Below, one piece after another: positions 37,334-47,006 of a DNA stretch of 51,506 nucleotides (within the stretch, counting starts at the first letter, position 1; each line of letters opens with the position of its first letter). This stretch comes from Candidatus Woesearchaeota archaeon (GTDB taxonomy: Archaea; Nanobdellota; Nanobdellia; Woesearchaeales; JBDRGA01). The position numbers and the translations under genes were made by a program. The notes below the pieces were generated by a model that made no database searches, was not told the DNA's origin, and worked only from the letters and a program-made list of their open reading frames with translations. The stretch is from positions 1 through 51,506 of the forward strand of contig JBDRGA010000056.1 of NCBI GenBank assembly GCA_043818175.1. Direction: 5' to 3'.

Positions 37334-37562
37334 CTTTGGAGTTATCCCAAATTTCCTTTAATGTCTTGCCTCTTATTTTCTGGATATCTTTCAACTCTTG
37401 CTGGCTCCATAGTGTTATTGTTTCGGGTTTTTCTATCAGGATTCGTCCTTTGTCCTCGAAAACAAGCAGGTCACTTCCTCTCTCTATTCCTGCTTTCCTT
37501 AGAATATCAACAGGAATGCTAATCTGTCCTTTGTCCGTAACCCTGACCACTTTCACAAGCAT
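37293..37562 (-). CDS. AbrB/MazE-type antitoxin
   Basis: VTDKGQISIPVDILRKAGI; C-terminal WDNSKDEAW. Confidence 0.85.
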   Translation of the reverse strand: MLVKVVRVTDKGQISIPVDILRKAGIERGSDLLVFEDKGRILIEKPETITLWSQQELKDIQKIRGKTLKEIWDNSKDEAWSRKLESTPR

Positions 37563-37566
37563 ACTA

Positions 37567-37586
37567 AAGTAAGGAATCCCTTACTT
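37567..37586. promoter_or_regulatory. Palindromic operator of the AbrB-PemK module
   Basis: AAGTAAGG-N4-CCTTACTT between the start codon and the TATA. Confidence 0.65.
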
Positions 37587-37639
37587 ATATGCTTTTCTGT
37601 GAAAAACCCGAAAGAAAATGAAAAATCAGTTTGTCAAAC

Positions 37640-38938
37640 CTAAGGCTTCCATCGTAATGGTGTTCTCGGGAATGGTATCGAGTCCTTAATATTGTCCAAT
37701 CCACATATCCAGCTTATGACCCTTTCAACGCCAAGCCCAAAACCACCGTGAGGCACTGAGCCATACCTTCTTGTATCAAGGTAGAACTCGTACTCTTCGG
37801 GCTTCTCGCCCATCTCGATTAGGCGTTTCTTAAGTTCCTCAAGATCAGATTCCCTTTCCGAGCCGCCGATTATCTCACCATATCCTTCTGGCGCGATGAA
37901 GTCCGTGCCATGAACAACTTTAGGGTTGTCGGGGCTTTCCTTCATGTAGAATGCCTTGACTGCCTTGGGGTAATGCGTTACAATGACTGGTGTGTCGTAC
38001 AGCGAAGATAGTTTGTCTTCTTCGATTGTTCTAAGGTCCTTTCCCCATGGTACTTGCATTCCCTGCTCTGTTAAAATCCTTAGTGCTTCATCATACCGTA
38101 TCCTTGGAAATGGTTTCTTCACTGTAGGTTCAAGCTTCTTAATGTCCCGTTCCAGAATCTCAAGTTCTGGCTTGTTCTCTTCAAGCACTTTCTTCACCAT
38201 GTGCTTCAGGACGCCTTCACCGTAATCAATTATTTCAGAAAATGATGCCCACGCAACTTCCATCTCTGCATGCCAGTATTCCGTCAAGTGTCTTGATGTT
38301 TTTGATTTTTCTGCACGAAAGCTTGGTGCTATCGTATAGATTTTTTCCAGAGAGAATATTGCAGGTTCCGCGTAAAGCTGCCATGTCTGTGCAAGGAAAA
38401 CACCTTTTTGCTTGAAGTAGTCAACACTAAACAAACTGCTGCCTCCCTCACATTGAACGCTCTGGAACATCGGACTCTGGTATTCGTAGAATCCTTTACT
38501 TCTGAAGTATTCATGGATTGCTCCAAACACTGTGCTCCTTATCTTCATTATGGCTGTCATCTTCCTGCTCCTAAGCCATAAGTGTCTGTTATCTGCCAAG
38601 AATTCAGGGCTTTGGTCTTTTGTTATTGGGAAAGAATCACTCGTACCAATAACTTCGAAATCCTTGACTTGAATTTCGAAACCTGTTGGTGCTCTTTCGT
38701 CCTTCTTGATTTCTCCATGAACTGTCATGCTCGCTTCTACCTGAAGCTTATCCGCTATCTGGAACTTTTCTTCTCCGACAACATCCTTGCTAATTACGCA
38801 TTGAATGATATTGCTTGCATCCCGAAGCACGATGAACTTCATCTTATTCGAGCCCCTTTCGCGGTACACCCAACCTCGGATGGCCACACTACCTTTGCTT
38901 TGCTCTATTGCTTCCTGGATGCTTTGGTAGGCTTTCAT
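37640..38938 (-). CDS. asnS: Asparagine--tRNA ligase
   Basis: RGWV OB fold, RHLWLRS, FRAEKSKTSRHLTEYW, GEIIGGSERE, YGSVPHGGFGLG. Confidence 0.93.
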   Translation of the reverse strand: MKAYQSIQEAIEQSKGSVAIRGWVYRERGSNKMKFIVLRDASNIIQCVISKDVVGEEKFQIADKLQVEASMTVHGEIKKDERAPTGFEIQVKDFEVIGTSDSFPITKDQSPEFLADNRHLWLRSRKMTAIMKIRSTVFGAIHEYFRSKGFYEYQSPMFQSVQCEGGSSLFSVDYFKQKGVFLAQTWQLYAEPAIFSLEKIYTIAPSFRAEKSKTSRHLTEYWHAEMEVAWASFSEIIDYGEGVLKHMVKKVLEENKPELEILERDIKKLEPTVKKPFPRIRYDEALRILTEQGMQVPWGKDLRTIEEDKLSSLYDTPVIVTHYPKAVKAFYMKESPDNPKVVHGTDFIAPEGYGEIIGGSERESDLEELKKRLIEMGEKPEEYEFYLDTRRYGSVPHGGFGLGVERVISWICGLDNIKDSIPFPRTPLRWKP

Positions 38939-39003
38939 GCCCTAAGTGCTTCACATGCTGTTATAAAGGTTTTGAAGAAATGGAAAAAAGTTGTGAAGAT
39001 ATC

Positions 39004-40107
39004 TCAATTGAATATCTTATCCAATATCTCCTTGAATTCCTCCTTGGATTCGATGGCCTTGCGAATGTCACTTCCAGGCACGCCCGCATTAAGGAGTCTA
39101 TTAATGCTAACAACGTAATCTGGCGCGAGGTCTCCTCCGGTCCAGATGTCTCTTACCCATGCTGCACGCTCCGGACTGACGTGTTCTTCTGCGAACCATT
39201 GCTTTTGATGGAGGTCCCATCCTGGATAACGTGTTGCAAGCGCGGTGGCCTCTGCAGGATCCATTGACTCGTACGTACTAACATCCCAAGGGTTGGCTGT
39301 CCTGTCGAGACGCGTCCAGTGGTTGGCGGATTCTGAACTAACGTCAATACTCATCGCGTTCTCGCGGTCATCGAAATCCCATGCTTTTGGATACTTGAAG
39401 AACTTCGGGGTATCAATCCTGAAGGCAGCGTACAGTTTTCCAAACTTGTCCACTCCGTTCTGGGTGACCTCTCCAAAGAATCGTGAGGCATCCGCTTTTA
39501 ATGAGTCGGCTGTAACACCCATCCCCGTCAGGTCACCTCGGCGCTCCAACCCGAGGCGTGAGCTGTCACCTGCCAGGTTATAACTGTTGGAGATGCTTGG
39601 CGTGAATGTTTCTATGTTCGCTGACGTGGCCAGGTAGTTTGCCACGCGATCTGCTGATTCCCTCAGTATGCCTCTTCGGTCAGTTATTGAAGCGAAGTAG
39701 CCAAGTAGGGAATCAGGTTCTGTTCCCTTCCTGTCCAAGCCTATTCGTATGTTCAGCGGGAGTGGATTATAGCTATCGTCCAAATTCATCCGCTCTTCAT
39801 TGATGTTCAGTCCGGTCTGATATGCTTCAATGTTATCGAGGTTTGCATTTGGATTCTTTTTCAGTACGTACGCAACCCCTTCAGGCGAGAGTTCCATCTT
39901 AAAGTTGCTGGACACAGCAGGACCCGCAACACATGAACGAATCGCCTCGATTTCTATCGTCTTGTTGTGGTCTGCATCTATGAGAACATGCTCGACACCT
40001 AGAGTTCCAGGTCTGTCGCTCAATTTTGGATACTGTCGACAGCCTGCACCGGCTGCTGCCAGCGTTGCTATTGTGAGTGTGCCTATCAATGCAGTTCTGA
40101 GATTCAT
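39004..40107 (-). CDS. Putative lipoprotein, function unknown
   Basis: Hydrophobic signal ending in the lipobox-like GAGC. Confidence 0.65.
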   Translation of the reverse strand: MNLRTALIGTLTIATLAAAGAGCRQYPKLSDRPGTLGVEHVLIDADHNKTIEIEAIRSCVAGPAVSSNFKMELSPEGVAYVLKKNPNANLDNIEAYQTGLNINEERMNLDDSYNPLPLNIRIGLDRKGTEPDSLLGYFASITDRRGILRESADRVANYLATSANIETFTPSISNSYNLAGDSSRLGLERRGDLTGMGVTADSLKADASRFFGEVTQNGVDKFGKLYAAFRIDTPKFFKYPKAWDFDDRENAMSIDVSSESANHWTRLDRTANPWDVSTYESMDPAEATALATRYPGWDLHQKQWFAEEHVSPERAAWVRDIWTGGDLAPDYVVSINRLLNAGVPGSDIRKAIESKEEFKEILDKIFN

Positions 40108-40183
40108 ATCGCAAAGGGAAATATCGTAAGATAAATACCTTTCTATTGTAGACTACTTGAGAGTGGAGAACCAAAGAACTTTG

Positions 40184-40579
40184 CTAGTATGAAACAACCC
40201 TCAGCCCTTCAATCTGCCGGAAGGCCTTGTCATTCGTTATGAGTATTGCATCGTTCATCATCGCTGTTGCTGCTATCATCATATCGAGTTTGGCCAAAGG
40301 TTTGCCTTCCTTGTATCTGTGCGCGCACAGTCTACCATAGAAGTCACAGATTCTTATGTTCCATTCAACGATTCCGTTGGTGTTTTCTATGAACACCTGC
40401 AACTCCTCGCGTATCTTAGAGGGGTTTTTGGACCTGTAGATTCCTTCAAACAATTCGCACAACACGATATAAGATACTTTAATCTGTTCATTTCTATTCG
40501 CCAATTCCTGAATTAAGTTTCTAGCATCAGGAGAACCATTCATGAAATCAATTATTATGTTTGAATCCAGTAAGTGCAT
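40184..40579 (-). CDS. vapC: VapC PIN-domain toxin
   Basis: LLDSNIII, ELFEG, DMMIAATA, LITND..F. Confidence 0.9.
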   Translation of the reverse strand: MHLLDSNIIIDFMNGSPDARNLIQELANRNEQIKVSYIVLCELFEGIYRSKNPSKIREELQVFIENTNGIVEWNIRICDFYGRLCAHRYKEGKPLAKLDMMIAATAMMNDAILITNDKAFRQIEGLRVVSY

Positions 40580-40804
40580 CTAGTCGAACCTCAATTCTCT
40601 TGTCTTAACGTTCTTTCTTTCCTTGATTACAGATTTCATCGCCCGGATGAAATCCGGATTGTCTTTTGCTATGCCGAATGCCTTCATAATGTCTTTCTTC
40701 CTGCCAAACGTATTTCTTACCACATCAGAAAAAGAATCGTTTTCCCCCTTTGCTGCCTTCAGCATGTCATAAGCATCATCTGCCAGCGAGATTACTTTTG
40801 TCAT
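40580..40804 (-). CDS. vapB: VapB-type antitoxin
   Basis: TKVISLADDAYDML...K..NDSFSDVV. Confidence 0.85.
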   Translation of the reverse strand: MTKVISLADDAYDMLKAAKGENDSFSDVVRNTFGRKKDIMKAFGIAKDNPDFIRAMKSVIKERKNVKTRELRFD

Positions 40805-40872
40805 GTATGCATGCATGCATGCAGATTAATAAAGGTATTTATTTTCAATATTGAAAGAATATCATGTTTGAA

Positions 40873-41229
40873 TCATTCGCCTTGCGTCCCAGTTACAAAT
40901 ACTTGAATTGCCCTGCGATACATTTCTGCTCTGGATTTAGTTTTTGCTGTTTCTTCTGGTTCGAGCGCGGGAACCTCAAAATACTCTACTGTCCACTCCA
41001 GACCAGGCTGCTCGGCGAGTCTAGACGTTAGGTCTTGTGCTATGTCATAAAGCATGAATGCACGGTTTGAAAACCTGAGGGACTCGCCCAGCGGCGTTAC
41101 ATTTTCCTGACCTGATTGAGGTCTACGTTCCATAAAATACTGGAAAGTGCTCCTTGAACTACCTTCCTGAATCTCTCCTGTCTTTCTTGTTATTCGGTAG
41201 ACCAGTTCTTGTCCTTCATGCTCAGTCAT
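40873..41229 (-). CDS. Hypothetical protein
   Basis: ATG with GAGGT upstream. Confidence 0.55.
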   Translation of the reverse strand: MTEHEGQELVYRITRKTGEIQEGSSRSTFQYFMERRPQSGQENVTPLGESLRFSNRAFMLYDIAQDLTSRLAEQPGLEWTVEYFEVPALEPEETAKTKSRAEMYRRAIQVFVTGTQGE

Positions 41230-41279
41230 AGGTTACCTCGTTATGCATTTGTCATCGCAACCATTTGAAACTGTATGTT

Positions 41280-41930
41280 TCACCGTGAACTCGGGTCTGC
41301 TCTGTCTCCAGACCATGCAGCATTTAATATCGCATCAAAGCCATCCCCTTTCTGCAAATAGTCCCTAACTCGCCTTTCAGTTTCGTGCACTGCTTCGTTA
41401 TTGGCACCACGCATAATGGCATCGTGAACGCCCACATACACACCAATTAGAACTCCAAGGTCAATAGCCGCAGCTTTAGCCACTTTTCTCAAATCCGTTG
41501 CTTCTGAAACGCTCGAAGGCCGCAGTACGTTTGCCCCAACGCCTACAATGCAATACTCTTTCTTCGTGTGGATTCTGCTCTGGTCTAAATTTTCTCCCAC
41601 GAGAACGTCAAGGTCTATTCTTGATGAGGGTACTATGTATCCTGCACCTTCATCCAAGGTGCCCAGAACTGGCATCTTGGCCCCAATCAGTTCCAGTCTT
41701 ATATTAAACACTCCTTCACCATCAACATTTGCGGACTCAAAGCGCCGAAAGGGACATTGGTAAATCCTTGCCAGCGCGTCAGCAAGAAAATCTACTGCGG
41801 TCCCGTTCAACGAACCGCCTTTCCAAGCCGTTGCCTTGACGTCTCCTGAATACGAATCACTCCTAGAGTAAGTTGGTATTGGTAGTTCACGCATACCTTT
41901 TGCGTCTCGTTTCCCTCTTTGTCTTTTCAT
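41280..41930 (-). CDS. Hypothetical protein
   Basis: ATG with GGTGA RBS; divergent from the Lrp gene. Confidence 0.55.
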   Translation of the reverse strand: MKRQRGKRDAKGMRELPIPTYSRSDSYSGDVKATAWKGGSLNGTAVDFLADALARIYQCPFRRFESANVDGEGVFNIRLELIGAKMPVLGTLDEGAGYIVPSSRIDLDVLVGENLDQSRIHTKKEYCIVGVGANVLRPSSVSEATDLRKVAKAAAIDLGVLIGVYVGVHDAIMRGANNEAVHETERRVRDYLQKGDGFDAILNAAWSGDRADPSSR

Positions 41931-42052
41931 TTTGATTCACCGTTTCGACTTCGTAACTACTTGCTGATTGGGAATTTTGTTAATAATAATTCTTCTACTA
42001 CTTTATTGTGTAATATCAAAATGTATTTATATTTGAATTCATTTTCTAGCAT

Positions 42053-43015
42053 ATGGACGCCCTTGACAGAAAGATTCTCGCCGTTCTTTTCGGCGACGTG
42101 CGCATTCCAATTCCTAGGCTTGCCCATCTCGTACGCGCGCCCATTTCCACAACGAATTACCGAGTCGAGCGCTTAATTAATGAAGGATTCATAACGCCCA
42201 CTGTACGCATTGAAGAGGAGAACCTCGGATTTTACAGCTTCTTTGTGATGGTGAAAGTTAAAGCAGACACCGTGAAACGAAACATCGCGGAATTCCTGAA
42301 GCACCGAAACCTTGGCTGGGCTGTCAGGACGGTGGGAGCGTACAATCTTCTAATGGAGTTTCTCGTCAGGGACATTACTGAACAGGAGCGCATCACGAAT
42401 GATCTCTCGCGAATCGCAGGAAAGGACATTCTCGCAATACAGGGGCTAATCGCGCATAAAGGATATGTCTTCGACCATCTTCTCCCAGATGCAGGAACGC
42501 ACGGTCCATACAAACCATGGACTTTGCAGTTTCAGAAAATGACGCACGTGGAACCCCTTGACTTACTAGACAAACGAATACTCGCAGCATTGCGCGTTGA
42601 TGCACGCAAGAGCATTGTTGACATTTCAAAACAATGTGAATCATCCGCACAACTAGTCCTGTACCGCATGAAGCGCCTCAAAAAAAACGAAATCATAACA
42701 CGCTTTACAGCAATCCCAAACTATGGGAAGCTTGGTTATTCCAAGTATGCCCTTTTCCTGAATTTCACAAAGGACCCTGATGCACTGGGCGTGGGCCCTT
42801 GGCTCCATCAAGAGAACGGAATCAGGTACGCAGTACAGCATCTGGGAAAGAATGGCGTTTATATTTTGTTTATTGCAAAGGAAGAAAGGGAAGTGTTCAG
42901 CTTTCTTGACCGGTGCTCAGAACAGTTCATAGAGCACATTTCAGGATACGAGATATTTCCAGTCATAGAGAAATACTACGAGAACCTCATTGCACCATGC
43001 ATCGTGAATCCCTAG
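42053..43015 (+). CDS. Tandem-duplicated Lrp/AsnC transcriptional regulator
   Basis: Two HTH units: DALDRKIL..DVR and DLLDKRIL..DARKS, each followed by a RAM-like domain. Confidence 0.85.
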   Translation: MDALDRKILAVLFGDVRIPIPRLAHLVRAPISTTNYRVERLINEGFITPTVRIEEENLGFYSFFVMVKVKADTVKRNIAEFLKHRNLGWAVRTVGAYNLLMEFLVRDITEQERITNDLSRIAGKDILAIQGLIAHKGYVFDHLLPDAGTHGPYKPWTLQFQKMTHVEPLDLLDKRILAALRVDARKSIVDISKQCESSAQLVLYRMKRLKKNEIITRFTAIPNYGKLGYSKYALFLNFTKDPDALGVGPWLHQENGIRYAVQHLGKNGVYILFIAKEEREVFSFLDRCSEQFIEHISGYEIFPVIEKYYENLIAPCIVNP

Positions 43016-43890
43016 ACCTTTTCTGGCGCTTCATCGCCGAGCGCCAGGCAATATGGCATCTTCGGTTTATCTTGAAGCAGAAATGGCCATGGACAGAAGA
43101 TGCTGTTCTTCGCGACAACCGATTCACAAATATTTATCGTGAACTCGATCCGGGCACGCAGTACGCGTTGAACGATATTCTGGAAACCGACTTTCCTGCA
43201 AAGTACAAGACGTTCAACATCATGCTTTACAGGTTGATTGGGAAGAAGGAAACGCACAAATCTCTTGGATTTCAAAGACTTGAATCATTTTCTTCATCTG
43301 CTCTTTCTTCCGGATTAAAACGAGTACGCGAATCAGGGGAAAAGCCATTCACTGCAGCATACCTTGTTGCGGGTTATGCTCAATACGGTGGAAAAGATAA
43401 GTGCGAGAACGTCGCTAATTTGTTCAAGATTATTCATGATGATTTTGATTCCATTTGGAAGAAACTTTCTAGCGCACAATCTATGCAAGAGGCGTACAAA
43501 ATAATTCTCAATGTTCCAGGCTTCGGCAACTTCCTTTCCTTCCAGGTTCTCGTTGACCTTACTTATCCATTGAACTGCCTTAACGACAAGCCATTGCTTA
43601 ATCTTGACCAGAACGAGTGGGCTGCTGCCGGCCCTGGCGCAAAGCGAGGCATACTACTTCTAGATGAAAACGCAAAAATATCAGATGAGTTAAGAATCAT
43701 GAAGTGGCTACAGAAGAATCAGAAAAATGAGTTCTCGCGTCTAGGCATTGATTTCAAGTACTGGACTCAAAATGGAAAACCAATTCCAATTTCGTTACCA
43801 AACATCCAGAACTGTCTCTGCGAGTTCCACAAGTACGTGAAGATAAAGAACAACACAGGACGGGCAAGAAGAAAATATCATTCCAATTAA
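42997..43890 (+). CDS. DNA base-hypermodification family protein (aGPT-Pplase1 / 5-hmdU DNA kinase helical-domain-like)
   Basis: F..ERQAIW..R....PWT.D.VL...RFTNIYRELD, PGFGNFL..QV..DL, GPGA.RG, IQNCLCEFHKY. Confidence 0.8.
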   Translation: MHRESLDLFWRFIAERQAIWHLRFILKQKWPWTEDAVLRDNRFTNIYRELDPGTQYALNDILETDFPAKYKTFNIMLYRLIGKKETHKSLGFQRLESFSSSALSSGLKRVRESGEKPFTAAYLVAGYAQYGGKDKCENVANLFKIIHDDFDSIWKKLSSAQSMQEAYKIILNVPGFGNFLSFQVLVDLTYPLNCLNDKPLLNLDQNEWAAAGPGAKRGILLLDENAKISDELRIMKWLQKNQKNEFSRLGIDFKYWTQNGKPIPISLPNIQNCLCEFHKYVKIKNNTGRARRKYHSN

Positions 43891-43899
43891 TTGCTCAAC

Positions 43900-44658
43900 T
43901 CAAACTTTAGCCATCTTCCACATCAACTCAAAGTGCTGTTGAAAGCTTTCCTTGACTTCCTTGCTAGTAACGCGTATAACAAGAGGATCTTTTGAAAGAA
44001 TAATGATGCTTGTCTTGTCTTTGTAAAGAAGAATTTCAGTAGGGGTGCTCTGTTCCAGAAATTTCACATCACACAATTTACTCTTCTGAAAAAAACCGAT
44101 TCGTTCTTGTCGCTGTCGCATATCTTCGTTAAATATTATCTTCAGGGGTATTCTTTTTGCTGCGCGTATCTTCGAGTATTTTAGGAAGAACAAGTCGGAG
44201 TTCTTATCTGATTCTCCTTTGCTCGCGCCAAACACGTAATTGACATCGTTAGCATTGCATTCAGTAACTAGGTCTTCGAAAACCGTCTTAAGACCAGTCC
44301 ACCCTGTGAACGCTTCAACATTAACTCGTTCCTTTCTTTCCTGAAAACGCATTAGCAGAGAAGGAATTAATGTTTCTACAATCAGTCTCTCCTGGTTGAG
44401 CTGTGCTTCTTTTTGTTTGATGAAATCCAGGAGGTGTTTTGGGTTTGCGGGGCTGAAATGCGCCACCCCGTTCTTCTCAACCTTGCTTATTATTCCCTTT
44501 TCAAGAAGCCTGTTCGTAACGTCATATATGTTGCTCGGTGCGATTCCTGACTGTTTTGCCAATGAAGTTTTTGTGCTCTCTCCCAAGTGCAATAGGGCTT
44601 CGTAAACTTTGATTTCTCCTTCCGTGAGACCTATTTGAGTTAGCTTGTTGAATTCCAT
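43900..44658 (-). CDS. TrmB-family transcriptional regulator
   Basis: IGLTEGEIKVYEALL.LG, IYDV..RL.EKG. Confidence 0.87.
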   Translation of the reverse strand: MEFNKLTQIGLTEGEIKVYEALLHLGESTKTSLAKQSGIAPSNIYDVTNRLLEKGIISKVEKNGVAHFSPANPKHLLDFIKQKEAQLNQERLIVETLIPSLLMRFQERKERVNVEAFTGWTGLKTVFEDLVTECNANDVNYVFGASKGESDKNSDLFFLKYSKIRAAKRIPLKIIFNEDMRQRQERIGFFQKSKLCDVKFLEQSTPTEILLYKDKTSIIILSKDPLVIRVTSKEVKESFQQHFELMWKMAKV

Positions 44659-44697
44659 ATAGTCGTCCTGTATAAGGACACCTCCATTTATATACTA

Positions 44698-44723
44698 TGT
44701 TTACCACTAAATAGTTGTAAACA
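44698..44723. promoter_or_regulatory. Palindromic operator between trmB and the SBP gene
   Basis: TGTTTAC-C-ACTA-AA-TAGT-T-GTAAACA just after TATA TTTATATA. Confidence 0.6.
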
Positions 44724-44756
44724 AACCTAATAATTGTGAACAAAGAGGTGTCGAAC

Positions 44757-45848
44757 ATGAAAACAACAATACTAACCGTTTTGATTGGCATCCTGCTTCT
44801 CAGTGCATGCCAGACTTCCAACGACATCAAGATTGGATGGATAGGACCTGTTTCAGGACAAAGTGCAGTTCTTGGCATGGACAGCATAACAGCTGCAGAA
44901 ATCGCAGTCCAGGACGTTAATGCCAATGGTGGAATCAACGGCAAAACCCTCACTTTAATTGCAGAAGACGATCAATATGATACGAAGAAGACAATTTCAG
45001 CTTATGAAAAACTGGTGAACATTGATGGCGTTAAAGTAATCATGATAAGTACGTACAGTGGCGTTTTCGCTTTGGCAGAGCGCGCGAAGGAGGATGGTGT
45101 GATAATTATTGATCCTCTTGACTGTAACGAGCTGATTGCTTCATTGAACGAAAACGTTTTCTGCCTTGCAACAGCATCAGAAACAATCGCAGATGTGATT
45201 GCAGAATCAGCAAACACGAACCAGGACAACAAAATAGGAATACTGTACTGGAATAACGACCAGTTCATGCCCTACGTTGCAAGCGTTCTTAAAGAGCGCT
45301 ACTCGGGAGAAATAGTGATCAAGGAATCGTATACTGCAAGTACAAAGGATTTCAAGACTCTGCTTGGAAAGATGATTTCCCAGAACGTAGATGGAATAGT
45401 CCTTCTTGGTTATGATGAGACGGGCATAGCCATGAAACAGGCAAGGGAACTTGGTTTTACGGGAACCTTTTACACCACAGGAACAATCACAAGCCCGAGT
45501 CTTCAGGAAGTTGCCGAGGGAAATGCGGAAGGAACCATTTTTGCCTTCTGGGACGCACCAAAAGATGTTGAGCCGAGCAAGAGCTTCACTGAAGCGTTCA
45601 TTGCTTCAAAAGGAAGGCCTGCAATCCTGGACCTTGCTTCCTACCCTACGTATGATACAGTAATGGCAATAGCGCAGGCATACAAAACTGCCAAGAGCGA
45701 AAAGGCAAACGATTTTGCTTCAGCGCTTCTTGGGGTTCAGGATATGGAAGGCGTTACTGGCAAGGTAAGCTTCAATGAGAACGGAGGAGTTTTAATAACC
45801 GAGAAGCCATTCAAACTTGTTGAAGGCATGCCCGTACCTTTCAAATAA
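44757..45848 (+). CDS. Branched-chain amino-acid ABC substrate-binding lipoprotein (LivK-like)
   Basis: Lipobox LSAC, IKIG..GP.SG, NANGGING, EDDQ, GVTG.VSF. Confidence 0.88.
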   Translation: MKTTILTVLIGILLLSACQTSNDIKIGWIGPVSGQSAVLGMDSITAAEIAVQDVNANGGINGKTLTLIAEDDQYDTKKTISAYEKLVNIDGVKVIMISTYSGVFALAERAKEDGVIIIDPLDCNELIASLNENVFCLATASETIADVIAESANTNQDNKIGILYWNNDQFMPYVASVLKERYSGEIVIKESYTASTKDFKTLLGKMISQNVDGIVLLGYDETGIAMKQARELGFTGTFYTTGTITSPSLQEVAEGNAEGTIFAFWDAPKDVEPSKSFTEAFIASKGRPAILDLASYPTYDTVMAIAQAYKTAKSEKANDFASALLGVQDMEGVTGKVSFNENGGVLITEKPFKLVEGMPVPFK

Positions 45849-45905
45849 TTTTTTTCATTTTTTCAGTTTCGCAACCGTTATAAGTCAAGCTCCGAACCCA
45901 CGCAA

Positions 45906-47006
45906 GTGTCATTCAAAATAATTGCAGAGAACGGCAAAGCCCGCGCAGGCGTCCTCAAGACAAGAACTGGAGAGTACGAAACACCATTCTTCATGCCTGT
46001 ATTGACTAGGGCTACACCGAAGTTCCTAACTGTGAAAGACATTCTCGACATGGGCTGTAGGAACGTAATCAGCAATTCGTTCCTTCTTTCCTTAAGACCG
46101 GGCATTGAAACTGCAGGCGACATCCACGAGTTCATGGACTTCCCTCATTGCGTCTTTACAGATAACGGCGGCTTCCAAATGGTTCGTTCCACGTTCTACC
46201 GGGGCCACGATGACAAGGGAATATTCCTTGAAGACCCAGATACGAAGCAGAAACATCACATTACACCCGAGAAAAGCTGCAAGATTCAGGAATCATTGAA
46301 GGGAGACGTGGCAATGGCTCTTGACAATGTTCCAGAACATGGCAAGGAAAGAGACGTTTATGAGGAAAGCGTCCGCCTTACGACATTATGGCATAAACGC
46401 TTTTTGGCAGCGCATCAGGATGACAAACAGCTTGTCTTCGGAATCGCACAGGGAGGCACGTTTGAAGATTTAAGAGAACAATCAGCAAAAGAACTTGCAG
46501 AAATGCCCTTCGACGGCTTTGCTTTAGGAGGATTGTGCATCGGCGAAGGAAGCAATAAGATGGCTGAAATGGTTCAAGCACAGGTCAAGCACTTTCCTTC
46601 TGACAAGCCAAGGTACTTGATGGGCGTTGGAACACCAAAGGATATTATTTTAGCTGTTAAGGAAGGTGTAGATATCTTTGACTCTGCCTTTCCAACGATA
46701 GCAGCAAGGCACGGCATTATCTTTTCTTCAGAAGGCGAGTTCAACATTAAGAAGGTGAAGAATATCAATGACGGCCCCTTAGACCCAAAATGCGACTGCT
46801 GGGTCTGCAAGAAACACACAAGAAAGTACATAAGCCATTTAGTTAGGGCAAACGAGCCCACTGCCCACGTTCTGACTGGATACCACAACCTTTATTATAT
46901 TGTTACGTTGATGAAGAACATCCGCATAGCGATTATGCACGGTGAATTCAATGAGCTGGTTCAAAAAATTTGTCAAGGAAAGGAAGCCCGAGCCGACACT
47001 GACTGA
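45906..47006 (+). CDS. tgt: Queuine-type tRNA-guanine transglycosylase
   Basis: TPFFMPV, DNGGFQ, GIAQGG, GGL, PRYLMGVG, GVDIFDS, CDCWVC...H zinc site; no archaeosine-type PUA extension. Confidence 0.88.
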   Translation: MSFKIIAENGKARAGVLKTRTGEYETPFFMPVLTRATPKFLTVKDILDMGCRNVISNSFLLSLRPGIETAGDIHEFMDFPHCVFTDNGGFQMVRSTFYRGHDDKGIFLEDPDTKQKHHITPEKSCKIQESLKGDVAMALDNVPEHGKERDVYEESVRLTTLWHKRFLAAHQDDKQLVFGIAQGGTFEDLREQSAKELAEMPFDGFALGGLCIGEGSNKMAEMVQAQVKHFPSDKPRYLMGVGTPKDIILAVKEGVDIFDSAFPTIAARHGIIFSSEGEFNIKKVKNINDGPLDPKCDCWVCKKHTRKYISHLVRANEPTAHVLTGYHNLYYIVTLMKNIRIAIMHGEFNELVQKICQGKEARADTD

